A stretch of 64,000 nucleotides of DNA from a virus. Taxonomy: Duplodnaviria > Caudoviricetes. The position numbers and the translations under genes were made by a program. Positions 10,101 to 19,439 of this stretch are shown here, in pieces (position 1 is the stretch's first letter; every line of letters begins with the position of its first letter). Below the pieces are notes generated by a model. The model saw only the letters and a list, made by a program, of their open reading frames with translations, was not told the DNA's origin and did no database searches. The stretch covers positions 9,506 through 73,505 of IMG/VR virus record IMGVR_UViG_3300020036_001974; one strand, 5' to 3'.

Positions 10101-12288
10101 TGATAAGCCCCGGCAAGTAATGCTTCGGCAGATTCTTGCTGAATACATGGTGGAATACAGCGAAGTTGAAACCACCGATCAGGAGGGTATAGACAGAGCC
10201 AACGCCAACTTAGAAACAGAGTTACGTTCGATGCTTGCCAAACATCCAGACACCGGTGAATATGTTTATCCATTTGCAGAGATTGCACAAGATGTATTTG
10301 GTAAGTTCCTGTCTCAGGATTTCAAAACTAAACAAGAGGTTATTGATTTTGCCAAGAGTATAGATCCTGCTTCTACAGAGTATACTTTGAAACTGATAGA
10401 GTTCTATAACAGACCTGAGATAAGAGAGAAGGCTTTAGAGTTATCAAAGGTACAGGGCGATAATACCTTCCGGGAGGATATGAAGAATGTACTTCCTATC
10501 CGATTTAAAGGAGCAGTAGAGCCTTCTGTAGACGATGTTGTTGCTAAACACAGAGCAGGTGCTAATATTAACATTCCAGATGCAAGTTCAATTAAGTACA
10601 GAAATCGGGTTTGGAAGGAAGGTACCTACCGAAGGATAGACCAGACAGCGGTTCTTATAGAAACCCTTTTTGCTATTAACAACAAGTACCATACCGAGTA
10701 CGGCACAAGAGTATTACTTAACCTGCTTAAAGAGGATACTAAGAATAACTACAAGTTGACGGGTAGTGAGGATGCTCATAACGTACTTGAGACCTACTTC
10801 ACTGAGATGATGTTATCCCATAGAAACGGTACATTAAACGAAGGGGTTCAGAAGGCATTAAATAAGATTATAAATATCACCACAACTGGTTTGTTAACTG
10901 GTCCAAGTAAACTTGCACTACAGTATTTCCCAATGATGGTTAACTCATTGTTGAGATTAGCTACATCTGGTAAAGATCCGAGTCTTGCTTTTGGTAATGG
11001 TGAGGGTAGTGAGACCTTCTTAGAAGGCACTCCTGTAGGAATGAGACTTGAACAGATGGCCGGACTCGCACTCGGTACTGATATAGATAGTACCAGTAAG
11101 AGAGCCATGAAGTCCATCAATGATAAGGATAACGCTCTTATTGAGGCAGGTCGCACTGGTGTTGATTTAGTAGATCAGGCTTCTTCTTTCTTAAAGAAAT
11201 ATATGTTCGGTGCTGCTGAAGCCTTTGGTGCCAAGCAGATATTCTTGGGTAATTATCTTAACAACCTTAAGAGTAATGGAGTAGATGTTTCAAAGCGTAA
11301 CACCCCTGAGTTTTGGCAGAATGAGAAGCAGTTACTTGAATCAGGAGATCCTATTCGTAACGAGGCTTTTCAGGCAGCGGATCAAGAGGTTTCAACAGTT
11401 GCCCTACCTTCAATGAACGCTGAGAAGTCTATTGCTACCAAGAACCCGGATAGTAATATAATGAGGATAGTATTCCCATTACTTCGCTACCAACTTGCAT
11501 TTAAGATTCGTCTTATGCAGAATATTGGTAATATGGCAACTGGTAAAAACAAAGCAGAAGGTGCCAGAGGGTTAGCTGGTAACACACTTGAAGCAGCCAC
11601 TTATATATCTTCACTTACATTTCTAATTGCTCCATTACTCGACAAAGCTGCTTCTGAAGTTGCCGAGATGTTTGGGTTTAGTTTACCTGAAGATGATGAA
11701 GAAGATAAGAAGAAAAAGAAAGAAAGGAAGTTTGCAACTGGTGTTATAAACGAACTTACCCCTCTTCCTTTAATAGGAGGAACTCAGGAATTAATGTATC
11801 CTCTATATAATGAATTGGCCTACCGTCTTACTAAAGAAGAAGGTCAGACATTTGAAGAATGGACAGATGATGGATTAAAGGGTTTACCTTGGAACACATA
11901 TGATAAGACCTTCATGGAAAGCCTAGGTTTGATCTCTACAGAATATAAGAACATAGACGAGTTTATAGAAGCCTATAGACTTGATGAAGAGAATAACGTT
12001 CTTGTTGCTGATACAGGGTATGGTGAAAAGAAGATTGAATTATCAGATGAACAACTCGCCTATTTCAAGCTAAGAATGTATATCAAGGGTCTCCAGTTGC
12101 TAGGGTTAACCCCCGCTGACGTAAGAGCAGTTGATGATAGAATCTATAGAGGAATAATTAAAGGTTCCTCTTCAACAGGAGGTTCTTCTGTTCCAGCATT
12201 TAGCCCGGGCATGAGTTCTCCTGCAATGTTTCCACCTCCTAATTTAATCCAACCTAGATTTACACCACCTAATTTACAAAGAAAATGA
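7129..12288 (+). CDS. Large internal virion/ejection protein with polyproline termini
   Basis: 1719 aa; poly-Pro N-terminus, Gly/Ala-rich hydrophobic segments, long helical body; no RNAP DxDxD motif seen. Confidence 0.55.
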   Translation: MPQQVIPPPPPPPKKGVNSTIPPPPPGKPLPPTPQEAKILGEFNPWVKQRQAELEASAPKLYTQKEVDDYNTKINQQFQQEQEQKFAEISKKYTLPLPTTQEPAGQPALDERSIFGVLPIIGDAIHYGGKAVERGFYQGQQAEIINPYNTEGSINRTDIEDLSRYQQEINSRQPSPYFKKATEADSFLGSLSAFAERPLTTMAELIGQSMSAMATHGATRIAGGAAIGAGVGLTGLGVGAVPGAATGALAAVPDVSLNLEYSGKILQTLSESGVDTTNPEQIIQAFSDPVKVSELRNNAFKKAVPIAIFDALSAGIAGKFLKGAITKGGSKLAAGGKELAVQMGTGGAGELSGELVSGEKISPGAILSEMVGEIGGGAIETAVGASQVDNITDNVLDPVLKETVDSEANSVVANIINQTDAVQKPSTEGVDVRQQTPVSEKVSEVNTEEPTVTKESKVEDPQLTSLKEEYNKATDAFFADPTDPALADKVKQLHQQIKDTEIEKSTAKEPFQDQIKILNDKNGVVDDEFTNAARIVIDSIQNEDQRQNAVKLFNIAIRTQNKNDVSNFVKALEESKGLKTTTIRETTLTKKLRDAWRQGITLGRKDEKAARVGLITNIKELLKEADLPKRTYKAIINKIGSVNLKNEESIRKVQDYVEKVVGDAKVAEQFDVIENLQESVRKFIGKLPNSQKKYVRQLVNADPVKIKDLPAYIKLMTDISRNISGVKADKVKVTEDNFEDLKAQYPELEQSDIGHSVVVDVAEPGPAVEEGRIKEGYKTVTKDTEDYKSQQNIDYLESEDFGDLDQEIRDVINDKKSLTEVKESNRKKIIDAVIEMISNRINKATPPKGETQSRTYNDIKNNLKNLDKLPIDELKTLLRGVDQGLVNGIWVDAFGPSTHLAAIDALSKIPKMDITKGRGKWKYTYMNSALFLEDIYNSFKDKIAKFRANSGWGSFVVGKAKSLFSNNKYSKEVNDILKKIEKKYNLSRGNIDKPRQVMLRQILAEYMVEYSEVETTDQEGIDRANANLETELRSMLAKHPDTGEYVYPFAEIAQDVFGKFLSQDFKTKQEVIDFAKSIDPASTEYTLKLIEFYNRPEIREKALELSKVQGDNTFREDMKNVLPIRFKGAVEPSVDDVVAKHRAGANINIPDASSIKYRNRVWKEGTYRRIDQTAVLIETLFAINNKYHTEYGTRVLLNLLKEDTKNNYKLTGSEDAHNVLETYFTEMMLSHRNGTLNEGVQKALNKIINITTTGLLTGPSKLALQYFPMMVNSLLRLATSGKDPSLAFGNGEGSETFLEGTPVGMRLEQMAGLALGTDIDSTSKRAMKSINDKDNALIEAGRTGVDLVDQASSFLKKYMFGAAEAFGAKQIFLGNYLNNLKSNGVDVSKRNTPEFWQNEKQLLESGDPIRNEAFQAADQEVSTVALPSMNAEKSIATKNPDSNIMRIVFPLLRYQLAFKIRLMQNIGNMATGKNKAEGARGLAGNTLEAATYISSLTFLIAPLLDKAASEVAEMFGFSLPEDDEEDKKKKKERKFATGVINELTPLPLIGGTQELMYPLYNELAYRLTKEEGQTFEEWTDDGLKGLPWNTYDKTFMESLGLISTEYKNIDEFIEAYRLDEENNVLVADTGYGEKKIELSDEQLAYFKLRMYIKGLQLLGLTPADVRAVDDRIYRGIIKGSSSTGGSSVPAFSPGMSSPAMFPPPNLIQPRFTPPNLQRK

Positions 12289-12896
12289 CAAAGTATTTAA
12301 TCCTTATTATCGTGGTTTTAGCCATTGCTGGTAGTATATTCTTTAACAGGTGGCTCGTTCTAAGGGAACAGAATAAGCAAATCACTCAGTATGCTATCCA
12401 GAAGAGTATGGAGGTTGAGTACTATAAGTTAGAGAACGGCCAATTAGTTGCTACCAAAGACGCTGCCATACTTGACCTAAAGACAGTAAAGAAGCTATCT
12501 GAAGATAAAGATCTACAGTGGATTAAACAGTTTGAAGGAATTAAGAAGAACCTCAGGAACTTAGAAACAGCTACTCAGATCAATACCGAGACGATTGTTT
12601 CTATGAAAGGGAATATTACCGACACAGTAGTAGTTGTAGATAGTACCGAACACAAGGCTTTCAGCTTTGATAACTCTGATAAATGGATGGAGGTTAAAGG
12701 AGTTGTTATTCCTGATCTAAAAACAGTCGATACGTTTGTTAAGGTACAAGTCCCTATTGAGGGAGTAATGTTTTGGAAACGTAAGAAAGTTCTTGGATTG
12801 AGAATAGGTGGTAAGGAGTGGAGTAGTGAGTTTACATCTCCTAATCCGTATACCAAGATAACAAATCTTAATCAGATTTTAATTAAGCGCAGGTAG
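12285..12896 (+). CDS. Membrane-anchored spanin-like protein
   Basis: Single N-terminal TM helix (YLILIIVVLAIAGSIFF) plus coiled coil; last gene of the late operon. Confidence 0.45.
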   Translation: MTKYLILIIVVLAIAGSIFFNRWLVLREQNKQITQYAIQKSMEVEYYKLENGQLVATKDAAILDLKTVKKLSEDKDLQWIKQFEGIKKNLRNLETATQINTETIVSMKGNITDTVVVVDSTEHKAFSFDNSDKWMEVKGVVIPDLKTVDTFVKVQVPIEGVMFWKRKKVLGLRIGGKEWSSEFTSPNPYTKITNLNQILIKRR

Positions 12897-13075
12897 TCTG
12901 AGAAGGACAGAACTTCGTAATCGCTTCCTTTATTTGATGATTCATCTGCTATCCACCATGTTATACCACATGCTGTAGTTATTGTATTATCATTTATTGA
13001 TTCTATCCTTGTAATAACGTCTCCTTTTTCATAAATATCGTATAATTTAACCATGTCTCCTATCTTCATTATCAA
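12872..13075 (-). CDS. FxxYL-tagged small protein (FSDYLRLI)
   Basis: KIGDMV SH3-like start, C-terminal tag. Confidence 0.7.
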   Translation of the reverse strand: MIMKIGDMVKLYDIYEKGDVITRIESINDNTITTACGITWWIADESSNKGSDYEVLSFSDYLRLIKI

Positions 13076-13171
13076 ATAGATTTAGCATAATAAGAACAAT
13101 AATACAAATAGTAAATACCGTAGCCATGTTGGGTCTTGTTTTCTTGTTTGTTTTAGTAATCTTAGCAGTAT

Positions 13172-13203
13172 ATACCGCCTACCTCCGGGGAAGTAGGCGG
13201 TAT
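13172..13203. terminator. Inverted repeat, possible terminator
   Basis: ATACCGCCTAC / GTAGGCGGTAT 11 bp stem; no clear U-tract on either strand. Confidence 0.35.
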
Positions 13204-13211
13204 GATGATGA

Positions 13212-13421
13212 CTAGGATATAATCTTAGAGGCTTTCGTATCCTCCTTGATAAAGGCTAAGTATTTATTAGCCCCGTCTACCACTTGCTCAAAAGTGAACA
13301 CTCCGCTTCCTCCCTTTTCCAAAGAAGCTAAAGACAGTTGTAAAAGATTCATACGTAACTCTAAGTTACGATCTCTCATGTGTTGTTCGATGATTTGTGC
13401 GTTCTGTTTTGCTTGATCCAT
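13212..13421 (-). CDS. Hypothetical protein
   Basis: 69 aa helical ORF; resembles the 44190-44369 product. Confidence 0.55.
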   Translation of the reverse strand: MDQAKQNAQIIEQHMRDRNLELRMNLLQLSLASLEKGGSGVFTFEQVVDGANKYLAFIKEDTKASKIIS

Positions 13422-13443
13422 TTTGTTTATTGTTTAGTTAAAT

Positions 13444-13839
13444 TTAAGCATTAGAATATCTTAGTTCTTGTTTTAAAGTAGAAATAGTTTGCCGGGATTG
13501 TTCAATAACAACATTGACCTGAGACATTAATAAGGATAACTTTTTATACATAGAATCAGAATCCATATGATCCTTATACAACCCTTTAAACGTGTCCTTG
13601 GCCAAGTTCTCAGCCTTACCTACCGGCAGAGCAGAAGTAGATATAAACCCACTTAAAGAGGATTTATACATGTACTCGGTGGTGTTCTTACGTTCATACC
13701 ACTCCCCTACCAAGGAGGCCAAGTAGTAAGAATTAATAGATAATCTCTCTGTTATCTGGGTTTTACTACCAATATCATTAGTGTTATTGGTACTCTTCAG
13801 TAGAGAAATGTCTTTCTCAATCTCTTCGATTATTTGCAT
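13444..13839 (-). CDS. Coiled-coil hypothetical protein
   Basis: 131 aa; start overlaps the LCK end of the upstream tagged gene. Confidence 0.6.
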   Translation of the reverse strand: MQIIEEIEKDISLLKSTNNTNDIGSKTQITERLSINSYYLASLVGEWYERKNTTEYMYKSSLSGFISTSALPVGKAENLAKDTFKGLYKDHMDSDSMYKKLSLLMSQVNVVIEQSRQTISTLKQELRYSNA

Positions 13840-14066
13840 AATTTTAAATATTTATTAAATGAAATCTCCTGCCACCTCCAAATATTACCATTAATTGGTA
13901 AAGTACCCAAATTACTACCAATAGTCCAATTCATAACCTCAGAAAACGCAGTTGGTTTGGTTAATCTAATACAATCTTGATAATATAGATCAATACATCT
14001 TTCACCTATTATAATTTCACCAATTCCTCCCTCATTACTGTCGTGTATACACTTAAATATCGCCAT
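13830..14066 (-). CDS. FxxYL-tagged small protein (FNKYLKLCK)
   Basis: C-terminal tag. Confidence 0.7.
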   Translation of the reverse strand: MAIFKCIHDSNEGGIGEIIIGERCIDLYYQDCIRLTKPTAFSEVMNWTIGSNLGTLPINGNIWRWQEISFNKYLKLCK

Positions 14067-15843
14067 ATAGATCTGTTTTCTTGTTAAACATCTTTATAAT
14101 CTTGTTACACTCCGATATATAATACCGGGTATCTATATCATAAGGCCCTTCTTTCCACTCGTTAAACATGGTTACCTTACGCTTAACGTGTACATTTCCA
14201 TCTGTTTTATCAGTCTTTTTACGCAATACATCCCCTGATCTGGATATGTAATAACGTAAATGCTTCTGCAAAGGTTGCTCAATTACCATACCATTTTCAA
14301 CTTTTCTTAGATAAAATTTACCTTTCTTAGCACGTTGCCCTATTAGGAACGGACTTATATCTTTGGTATCACAAATTGTGACCTCAACAGGTGTACCTTT
14401 TAGGAAGAACTCTTTCAGGGCCATAGGCACAATCAACTGACTGTTATCCTTACCTAACTCCGGCTTACAGATAAACACCCCTTTTTCCTTAATACCACCG
14501 TCTGTTTTAACAGCAAGATAGTTATTTATATCCCTTACAATCAACTTTGAGTAGGTAGAATGTTCCAGTTTAAGGTTAAACAGATCTTCCCACCAAGAGC
14601 AAATCTGGTGATATTTAACCCGGTCTATCATCTCAACCTCTATACCATCTGTATTGGCAAGAATTATCTTACAAGCCCCTTCTAAAGTCAGCCTCTCACA
14701 TAACATAGCCAGTAGTAACTGACCGTTAATGGTAATCTTATAGAACATCATCGGATCATAGAAAGGGGAATACTCAGAGTTACTCTTACCAAAGGTTCCA
14801 TTCTGAGCCAGTTTTAAGGCTTCATTCTCTGGTGTGCCCTTCTTATAAGTCTTTCTTTCAATCGCAATTTGTTTGTATACCTCTGTAAACGCCTCACCGA
14901 AGTGAGCGGGTGCAAATTTACGAGAAACAGCGAGGGAAGGGTAAAAACCAGTAACATCACAGGAATCAACATCACTGTAGACAGCAGTTCCCCGGCAAGC
15001 ATGGATACCGCCCAAACCAAAAAAGTACTCAACACCGTTGAAGTTACAAGAATAGTCCACTTCCTGATCGTTTGAAGTAACCACCGTAGCTTTAAATTTG
15101 TCATATATTTCTTTAAATTCAGGTGAGGAAAACGATACCTCCGGTAGTATACAATCGGCTATTTTTACTTCTCTTCGTGGAGTTCTGCACTTCTTAAGTG
15201 AGTCGATAGATATTCCTATTTTATCACTGAGCATTTTAAGGATAATATATTCCCCTATTTTAGGGTCGTTGAAGTTACCCATATCAGTACCATACTTCTC
15301 ACCTAACTGTTTCCTCATTTTAATCTTAGGGAAGGTTAGTTCGTATAGCTTATAGGTAGCCATTACATCGTTAAGGTTATATTTAAGAACCTCGTCTATC
15401 TGGTCTTTAGTAATCTTATCCGAATGATGTATAGGCATATCCATTACATTCTCAAAACCCATATTAATCTGTAGCCATTTCAAAGAACAGAATTTAGACA
15501 AATTATCGAAATGATGGATTTTCATTAAATCCCGCTGCTTCCATCTCACTTCTACATACTCATTTCTCTCAGCCGTAATGCGCTTCTGTGCTACTTTGTA
15601 GATCTTGTTTTCAATCTTATCAACATCCCAGTTATCGTAGAAGAATTGAAGAATAGGAGTATCAAAGTCTATACAATTAAAACCCACAAGACTAATGTCC
15701 TTAGAAATAAAGTCGTACAATAGCTTACGGTCGTCCCGGTCTTTATGAATAGCAAATTGAGATACCTTCTTAGTTGTAGGATTATAGAAAGTAACGGTAA
15801 AGCAATTCTTAATAGTTTCAATGTCATATATCTCTATTTGCAT
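14053..15843 (-). CDS. polB: Family B DNA polymerase with 3'-5' exonuclease
   Basis: Exo motifs YDIET, GFNCIDFD, YNLNDV; pol motifs CDVTGFYPS, KLAQNGTFGK, NTDG. Confidence 0.9.
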   Translation of the reverse strand: MQIEIYDIETIKNCFTVTFYNPTTKKVSQFAIHKDRDDRKLLYDFISKDISLVGFNCIDFDTPILQFFYDNWDVDKIENKIYKVAQKRITAERNEYVEVRWKQRDLMKIHHFDNLSKFCSLKWLQINMGFENVMDMPIHHSDKITKDQIDEVLKYNLNDVMATYKLYELTFPKIKMRKQLGEKYGTDMGNFNDPKIGEYIILKMLSDKIGISIDSLKKCRTPRREVKIADCILPEVSFSSPEFKEIYDKFKATVVTSNDQEVDYSCNFNGVEYFFGLGGIHACRGTAVYSDVDSCDVTGFYPSLAVSRKFAPAHFGEAFTEVYKQIAIERKTYKKGTPENEALKLAQNGTFGKSNSEYSPFYDPMMFYKITINGQLLLAMLCERLTLEGACKIILANTDGIEVEMIDRVKYHQICSWWEDLFNLKLEHSTYSKLIVRDINNYLAVKTDGGIKEKGVFICKPELGKDNSQLIVPMALKEFFLKGTPVEVTICDTKDISPFLIGQRAKKGKFYLRKVENGMVIEQPLQKHLRYYISRSGDVLRKKTDKTDGNVHVKRKVTMFNEWKEGPYDIDTRYYISECNKIIKMFNKKTDLYGDI

Positions 15844-16055
15844 AATTTCTCTAGGTATCCGTTAAAGTCAATTCGTGTATAATCAGAAAAATAGAAGCTG
15901 CTTATGTTTAATTCTACCCCTCTCTTAGTAAATCCTACAAATATCTTACCATTTGAATCTGTCCAATAATAGGTAACTATTTTATTATTAATCTTAAGAA
16001 CATGGAGAATATCTCCATACTCATCTCGATACTTACCAACTTTAAGTTTACTCAT
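15834..16055 (-). CDS. FxxYL-tagged small protein (FNGYLEKLCK)
   Basis: C-terminal tag; paralog of 24137-24370. Confidence 0.7.
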   Translation of the reverse strand: MSKLKVGKYRDEYGDILHVLKINNKIVTYYWTDSNGKIFVGFTKRGVELNISSFYFSDYTRIDFNGYLEKLCK

Positions 16056-16291
16056 AGCAGTTTCAAATAATCGTTAAAATTCTTAACATATATCCAAGTC
16101 TTTGTTCTTAGGTAATACTCAACATCTTTCTTTAAATAAGTTGTTCTGCTGTAGCCTCCTTTTATATTCCACTCAATTACTACTCTCTCAATACCATTCC
16201 TCCTTAATATATCACCTGTTGTATACTGTATATCATAAGAATCATTCTTAACAGTAAACTTTCTGCCGATTTGTATCATAATTATTTGCAT
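16052..16291 (-). CDS. FxxYL-tagged small protein (FNDYLKLL)
   Basis: C-terminal tag, ATGA overlap. Confidence 0.7.
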   Translation of the reverse strand: MQIIMIQIGRKFTVKNDSYDIQYTTGDILRRNGIERVVIEWNIKGGYSRTTYLKKDVEYYLRTKTWIYVKNFNDYLKLL

Positions 16292-16372
16292 AACTTTAAA
16301 TTATCCCAAGATCTAAAATCTCCTTTTCCATATCTAGCAGTATCTACCCAATATACAGGTAATCCGCAGTAC

Positions 16373-16726
16373 TTACAAGGAAGAGGTGAATTGATTGTAG
16401 GTTTCGCTATCATAAGTTTTCATTATTTCTAAACAGTGTTCCCAGTTCTTAAGAGATTTAAAATCCCCTTTATACCCTTCTATTTTAGAGTTGCAAGAGT
16501 GGCAAGCAGGGAAGTACATAACCGGGTTCCATATTAACTCAGTACGTCCTAGTTCTTTCAACCTAGCTTTAGGGATTATATGAGCAGATCCTTGGGCTTG
16601 TTTACCACATCCCATACAATAAGGCTTAGGATTAAAGGTATAAGTTTCTTTATAACTATCAGATAGTTTCTTTTGTATAGTAGCCTCAGATACCTTACTA
16701 CCATCTGAACATTTATAGTAGTTCAT
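16373..16726 (-). CDS. HNH/NinG-like Zn-binding nuclease
   Basis: CMGC...HIIPK...N...CHSCN pattern. Confidence 0.6.
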   Translation of the reverse strand: MNYYKCSDGSKVSEATIQKKLSDSYKETYTFNPKPYCMGCGKQAQGSAHIIPKARLKELGRTELIWNPVMYFPACHSCNSKIEGYKGDFKSLKNWEHCLEIMKTYDSETYNQFTSSL

Positions 16727-16911
16727 AGTTTCTTTAAGTATTCACTAAAAGCAACACCCTTGATATTAGAGTCATCGGCAACATATTGTTTATTGTAGAA
16801 AGAATACCACTTACTATTATAAGATACTTCACTTATCTTATATATCTCGTTTTCATTGAAGAAACTCATATATTGCTTCATAATAACAACATCTCCTACT
16901 TTATATTTCAT
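16723..16911 (-). CDS. FxxYL-tagged small protein (FSEYLKKL)
   Basis: MKYKVGDVV SH3/KOW-like start, tag. Confidence 0.7.
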   Translation of the reverse strand: MKYKVGDVVIMKQYMSFFNENEIYKISEVSYNSKWYSFYNKQYVADDSNIKGVAFSEYLKKL

Positions 16912-17111
16912 AATAACTTTAGATAATAGTTAAATGCTGAACCTTTTTCTTCCCAATTACCCCCACTCCATGTACCTATTTTACCAACCGGGTAATAATG
17001 AGTGTTATAAGTATTCTTTATTAACATGTGTTTGTTACTAGACATGATTAATATCTCCATATCACAAAGACCTTCGTCATAAATATAATAAATATATCCA
17101 ATCTTTTTCAT
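16908..17111 (-). CDS. FxxYL-tagged small protein (FNYYLKLL)
   Basis: C-terminal tag. Confidence 0.7.
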   Translation of the reverse strand: MKKIGYIYYIYDEGLCDMEILIMSSNKHMLIKNTYNTHYYPVGKIGTWSGGNWEEKGSAFNYYLKLL

Positions 17112-19126
17112 ACATTAAAATGGTTTCTCCAGAATTGTTCTTCTTTATATAAACTCATATACTCATCACCAAACGCCATGCTCTCACTCCAGAACCGGAA
17201 TCGGCTAATATCACAGTTAATAAGATAATCCCTAACCTGCCCTTCTCTGTTCTTAACAACCCTAAGCATTGCCTTGTTCATTGCAGGTACTTCCATACCA
17301 GTATCTGGGTGTTTGAGTAGTTCTTTCCTACGGTATTCAGGACGGTCAAGGATGATAAGTGTATCAGAGTTCTGTTCTATAGATTGTGAATCAGATAGGT
17401 CAGTAACATCGGGGTATTCTTTAGTATCCGCAGTACGGTTAATCTGGGCTAATAGAAAACAAGAAAGACCAGTCTCATTAGCATGTTGCTTAAGGGTTTG
17501 AAGGAAGTTAGCTAGGTCATAAGTCTTATTACCATACTTAGCATTACCCTGAACCATCCCTACATAGTCTAATACCATTACAGGCTGGATCTTAATACCT
17601 TCCATTTTCTCTTTCTTAGCTACCCCGGCTAACCATTCTAAGTTGGTCTTAATGATTGTTTCAATGTTGGTAGAGTATTGGTGGTAGGATATTGGAAACT
17701 TAGCTGCTTCAGCGTATGCTTTGTTAATCTCGGTACGGATGGCTTGAGGGAGTATCCTTGAGTACCGTAGTTCTGGTAGAGTAATTCCTACTTTCCAGCA
17801 AACATAACGATCTGCTAAAAAGGAAGCCTCCATTTCCCAAGAATAGATTAATAACTCACTACGTTTACCCTCTACTACTTTACCTGCTACCTCACTCATT
17901 TGAGTTACAAGCCCTGTGTTATGGGTTACTGTAAAATCTTCTAAAAAGAATCTCTTATCATCGTTCTCTAGTTGAAAACCATAATAATTACCAATACCTA
18001 TAGACTCTACAGAAATACCTGTCTTTGTTTTATCTATTCTAGTACTAGATGTTAGTAATTTCTTACGAGGTATTACTAATGGGAGAGTATTAAGATCGTT
18101 ACCAGAGATCACAGTTCTGTAATACACAGTACCGTTGACTACCTTCTCAGTAAGGTATCCTCTATACCCAAGAGAGTTTGACAGGTAAACAATATCGCTG
18201 GCTAACTGACGATTTACTTGTACAATTTCGTAGGAATTAGATGCCATGTAGCCGTCTGTATCTAGTAATCCTGCTAATAATTGTTTTCTTTGATTTACAG
18301 AAGATGTTAAGTATTTATGTGGAATATGTTTGTTGGAATAAACATTAATATCCTTTAATACATCTGTAAAATACTTACCAGATGTATTTCTTCCGGTTAT
18401 TGTTATTTCCTCGCAAGTTTTTCTATCATAGCGATTTATACCCCATCCTTCTTTATCTGTAATATCCTTTAAAGCATTGAATAATTCAATATCTGGTTTA
18501 AATATAGAAGCCTTATTATGACCACCGTCCCCTAACCATACTCCTAATAAATAAGGGTCTAACTCCAATATAACCTCGGGTTTAATCATTGTAGATTTAT
18601 AACCCTTATGAGAGAGCTTCCACTTATTTGTTTTTGTTAAATATTCATTTAGTGGAATATTAACAATCCCGCCTTTTACCCCATGTATTCCGTTTGTTAT
18701 TTCCTTTCTTATCTTATTTCTATAATAAGCAGAGCCGGATGACTTTAAACTAAGAACATGAACAGAGTTAACAATATAATCAATCGCTCTGTTTTGTTTT
18801 ATCTTAAACATTTCATCCTGTCCCTTACAAACAGAGACTACTTTATTAGGTCTACCATCTACACCCAATAGTAATTCTCCCGGTAAAATATCCTGCACTT
18901 CTTTAAAAGTACCATCAAACAGTATAACCTTAGTCCCGTAACCAAGGCACTTACCCTGACCACTACGGGCTGCAAGGGTTGTTACCTTACTAGGCACATG
19001 ACCACCGGTTATCATATTCAACTCATGAACCCCCATAGGAGTCCCGTATAACCCTATTTCCCTTGTAAGATTCGAGTGATACCTTTTATAAGATTTTTCA
19101 ACGGCTGATCTTTGTTCAATAAGCAT
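17108..19126 (-). CDS. dnaB: DnaB-like replicative helicase containing an intein
   Basis: Walker A ARSGQGK|T split by intein; VLDYVGMV, LAQINR, DLSDSQSIEQNSD, VKNREG motifs. Confidence 0.92.
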   Translation of the reverse strand: MLIEQRSAVEKSYKRYHSNLTREIGLYGTPMGVHELNMITGGHVPSKVTTLAARSGQGKCLGYGTKVILFDGTFKEVQDILPGELLLGVDGRPNKVVSVCKGQDEMFKIKQNRAIDYIVNSVHVLSLKSSGSAYYRNKIRKEITNGIHGVKGGIVNIPLNEYLTKTNKWKLSHKGYKSTMIKPEVILELDPYLLGVWLGDGGHNKASIFKPDIELFNALKDITDKEGWGINRYDRKTCEEITITGRNTSGKYFTDVLKDINVYSNKHIPHKYLTSSVNQRKQLLAGLLDTDGYMASNSYEIVQVNRQLASDIVYLSNSLGYRGYLTEKVVNGTVYYRTVISGNDLNTLPLVIPRKKLLTSSTRIDKTKTGISVESIGIGNYYGFQLENDDKRFFLEDFTVTHNTGLVTQMSEVAGKVVEGKRSELLIYSWEMEASFLADRYVCWKVGITLPELRYSRILPQAIRTEINKAYAEAAKFPISYHQYSTNIETIIKTNLEWLAGVAKKEKMEGIKIQPVMVLDYVGMVQGNAKYGNKTYDLANFLQTLKQHANETGLSCFLLAQINRTADTKEYPDVTDLSDSQSIEQNSDTLIILDRPEYRRKELLKHPDTGMEVPAMNKAMLRVVKNREGQVRDYLINCDISRFRFWSESMAFGDEYMSLYKEEQFWRNHFNV
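17918..18949 (-). mobile_element. Intein with LAGLIDADG homing endonuclease in DnaB P-loop (344 aa)
   Basis: Starts CLGYGT, ends VTHN, followed by Thr; LLGVWLGDG and LLAGLLDTDG motifs. Confidence 0.92.
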
Positions 19127-19305
19127 AAATATGTTTTAAATGTAACTAATTCAACATTATTATTTTCTACCCACTTAATTCCTCTCTTAGTTTCTATCAC
19201 AACACCAGCACCATTAGGTTTAGTAATATAGACTATTTTACCTACTATACCCTTCTCAATCCAAGGAGTGCTAATAATGGTTACAACTCTATCCCCCGCT
19301 TTCAT
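19054..19305 (-). CDS. FxxYL-tagged small protein (FKTYLCLL plus extension)
   Basis: MKAGDRVV SH3-like start; tag overlaps the dnaB start codon. Confidence 0.65.
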   Translation of the reverse strand: MKAGDRVVTIISTPWIEKGIVGKIVYITKPNGAGVVIETKRGIKWVENNNVELVTFKTYLCLLNKDQPLKNLIKGITRILQGK

Positions 19306-19439
19306 CGTATATTAGGTTTAAATGCTTTAACAGGTGCGTGTCTCTGGCGTAACCTATCTGCTACGCTATCGTTCTGGTGCTTACTTACTTTAGATGAAGC
19401 ACAACCGGATAGAAGGATGAGGAGTAGAAGGTATTTCAT
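19302..19439 (-). CDS. Small lipoprotein (45 aa, not in ORF track)
   Basis: MKYLLLLILLSG-C lipobox; ATGA-coupled to next gene. Confidence 0.6.
   Translation of the reverse strand: MKYLLLLILLSGCASSKVSKHQNDSVADRLRQRHAPVKAFKPNIR

Noticed and set aside
7129-12288. 1719 aa protein as a crAss-type virion RNA polymerase
   Set aside because: No DxDxD/DFDID-type catalytic motif found.
104-12856. Antisense and alternate-frame track ORFs inside the large + genes (e.g. 104-307, 4082-4342, 7749-8102, 10848-11156), and similar shadows elsewhere
   Set aside because: They lie fully within well-supported genes and have no motifs or coupling signals.
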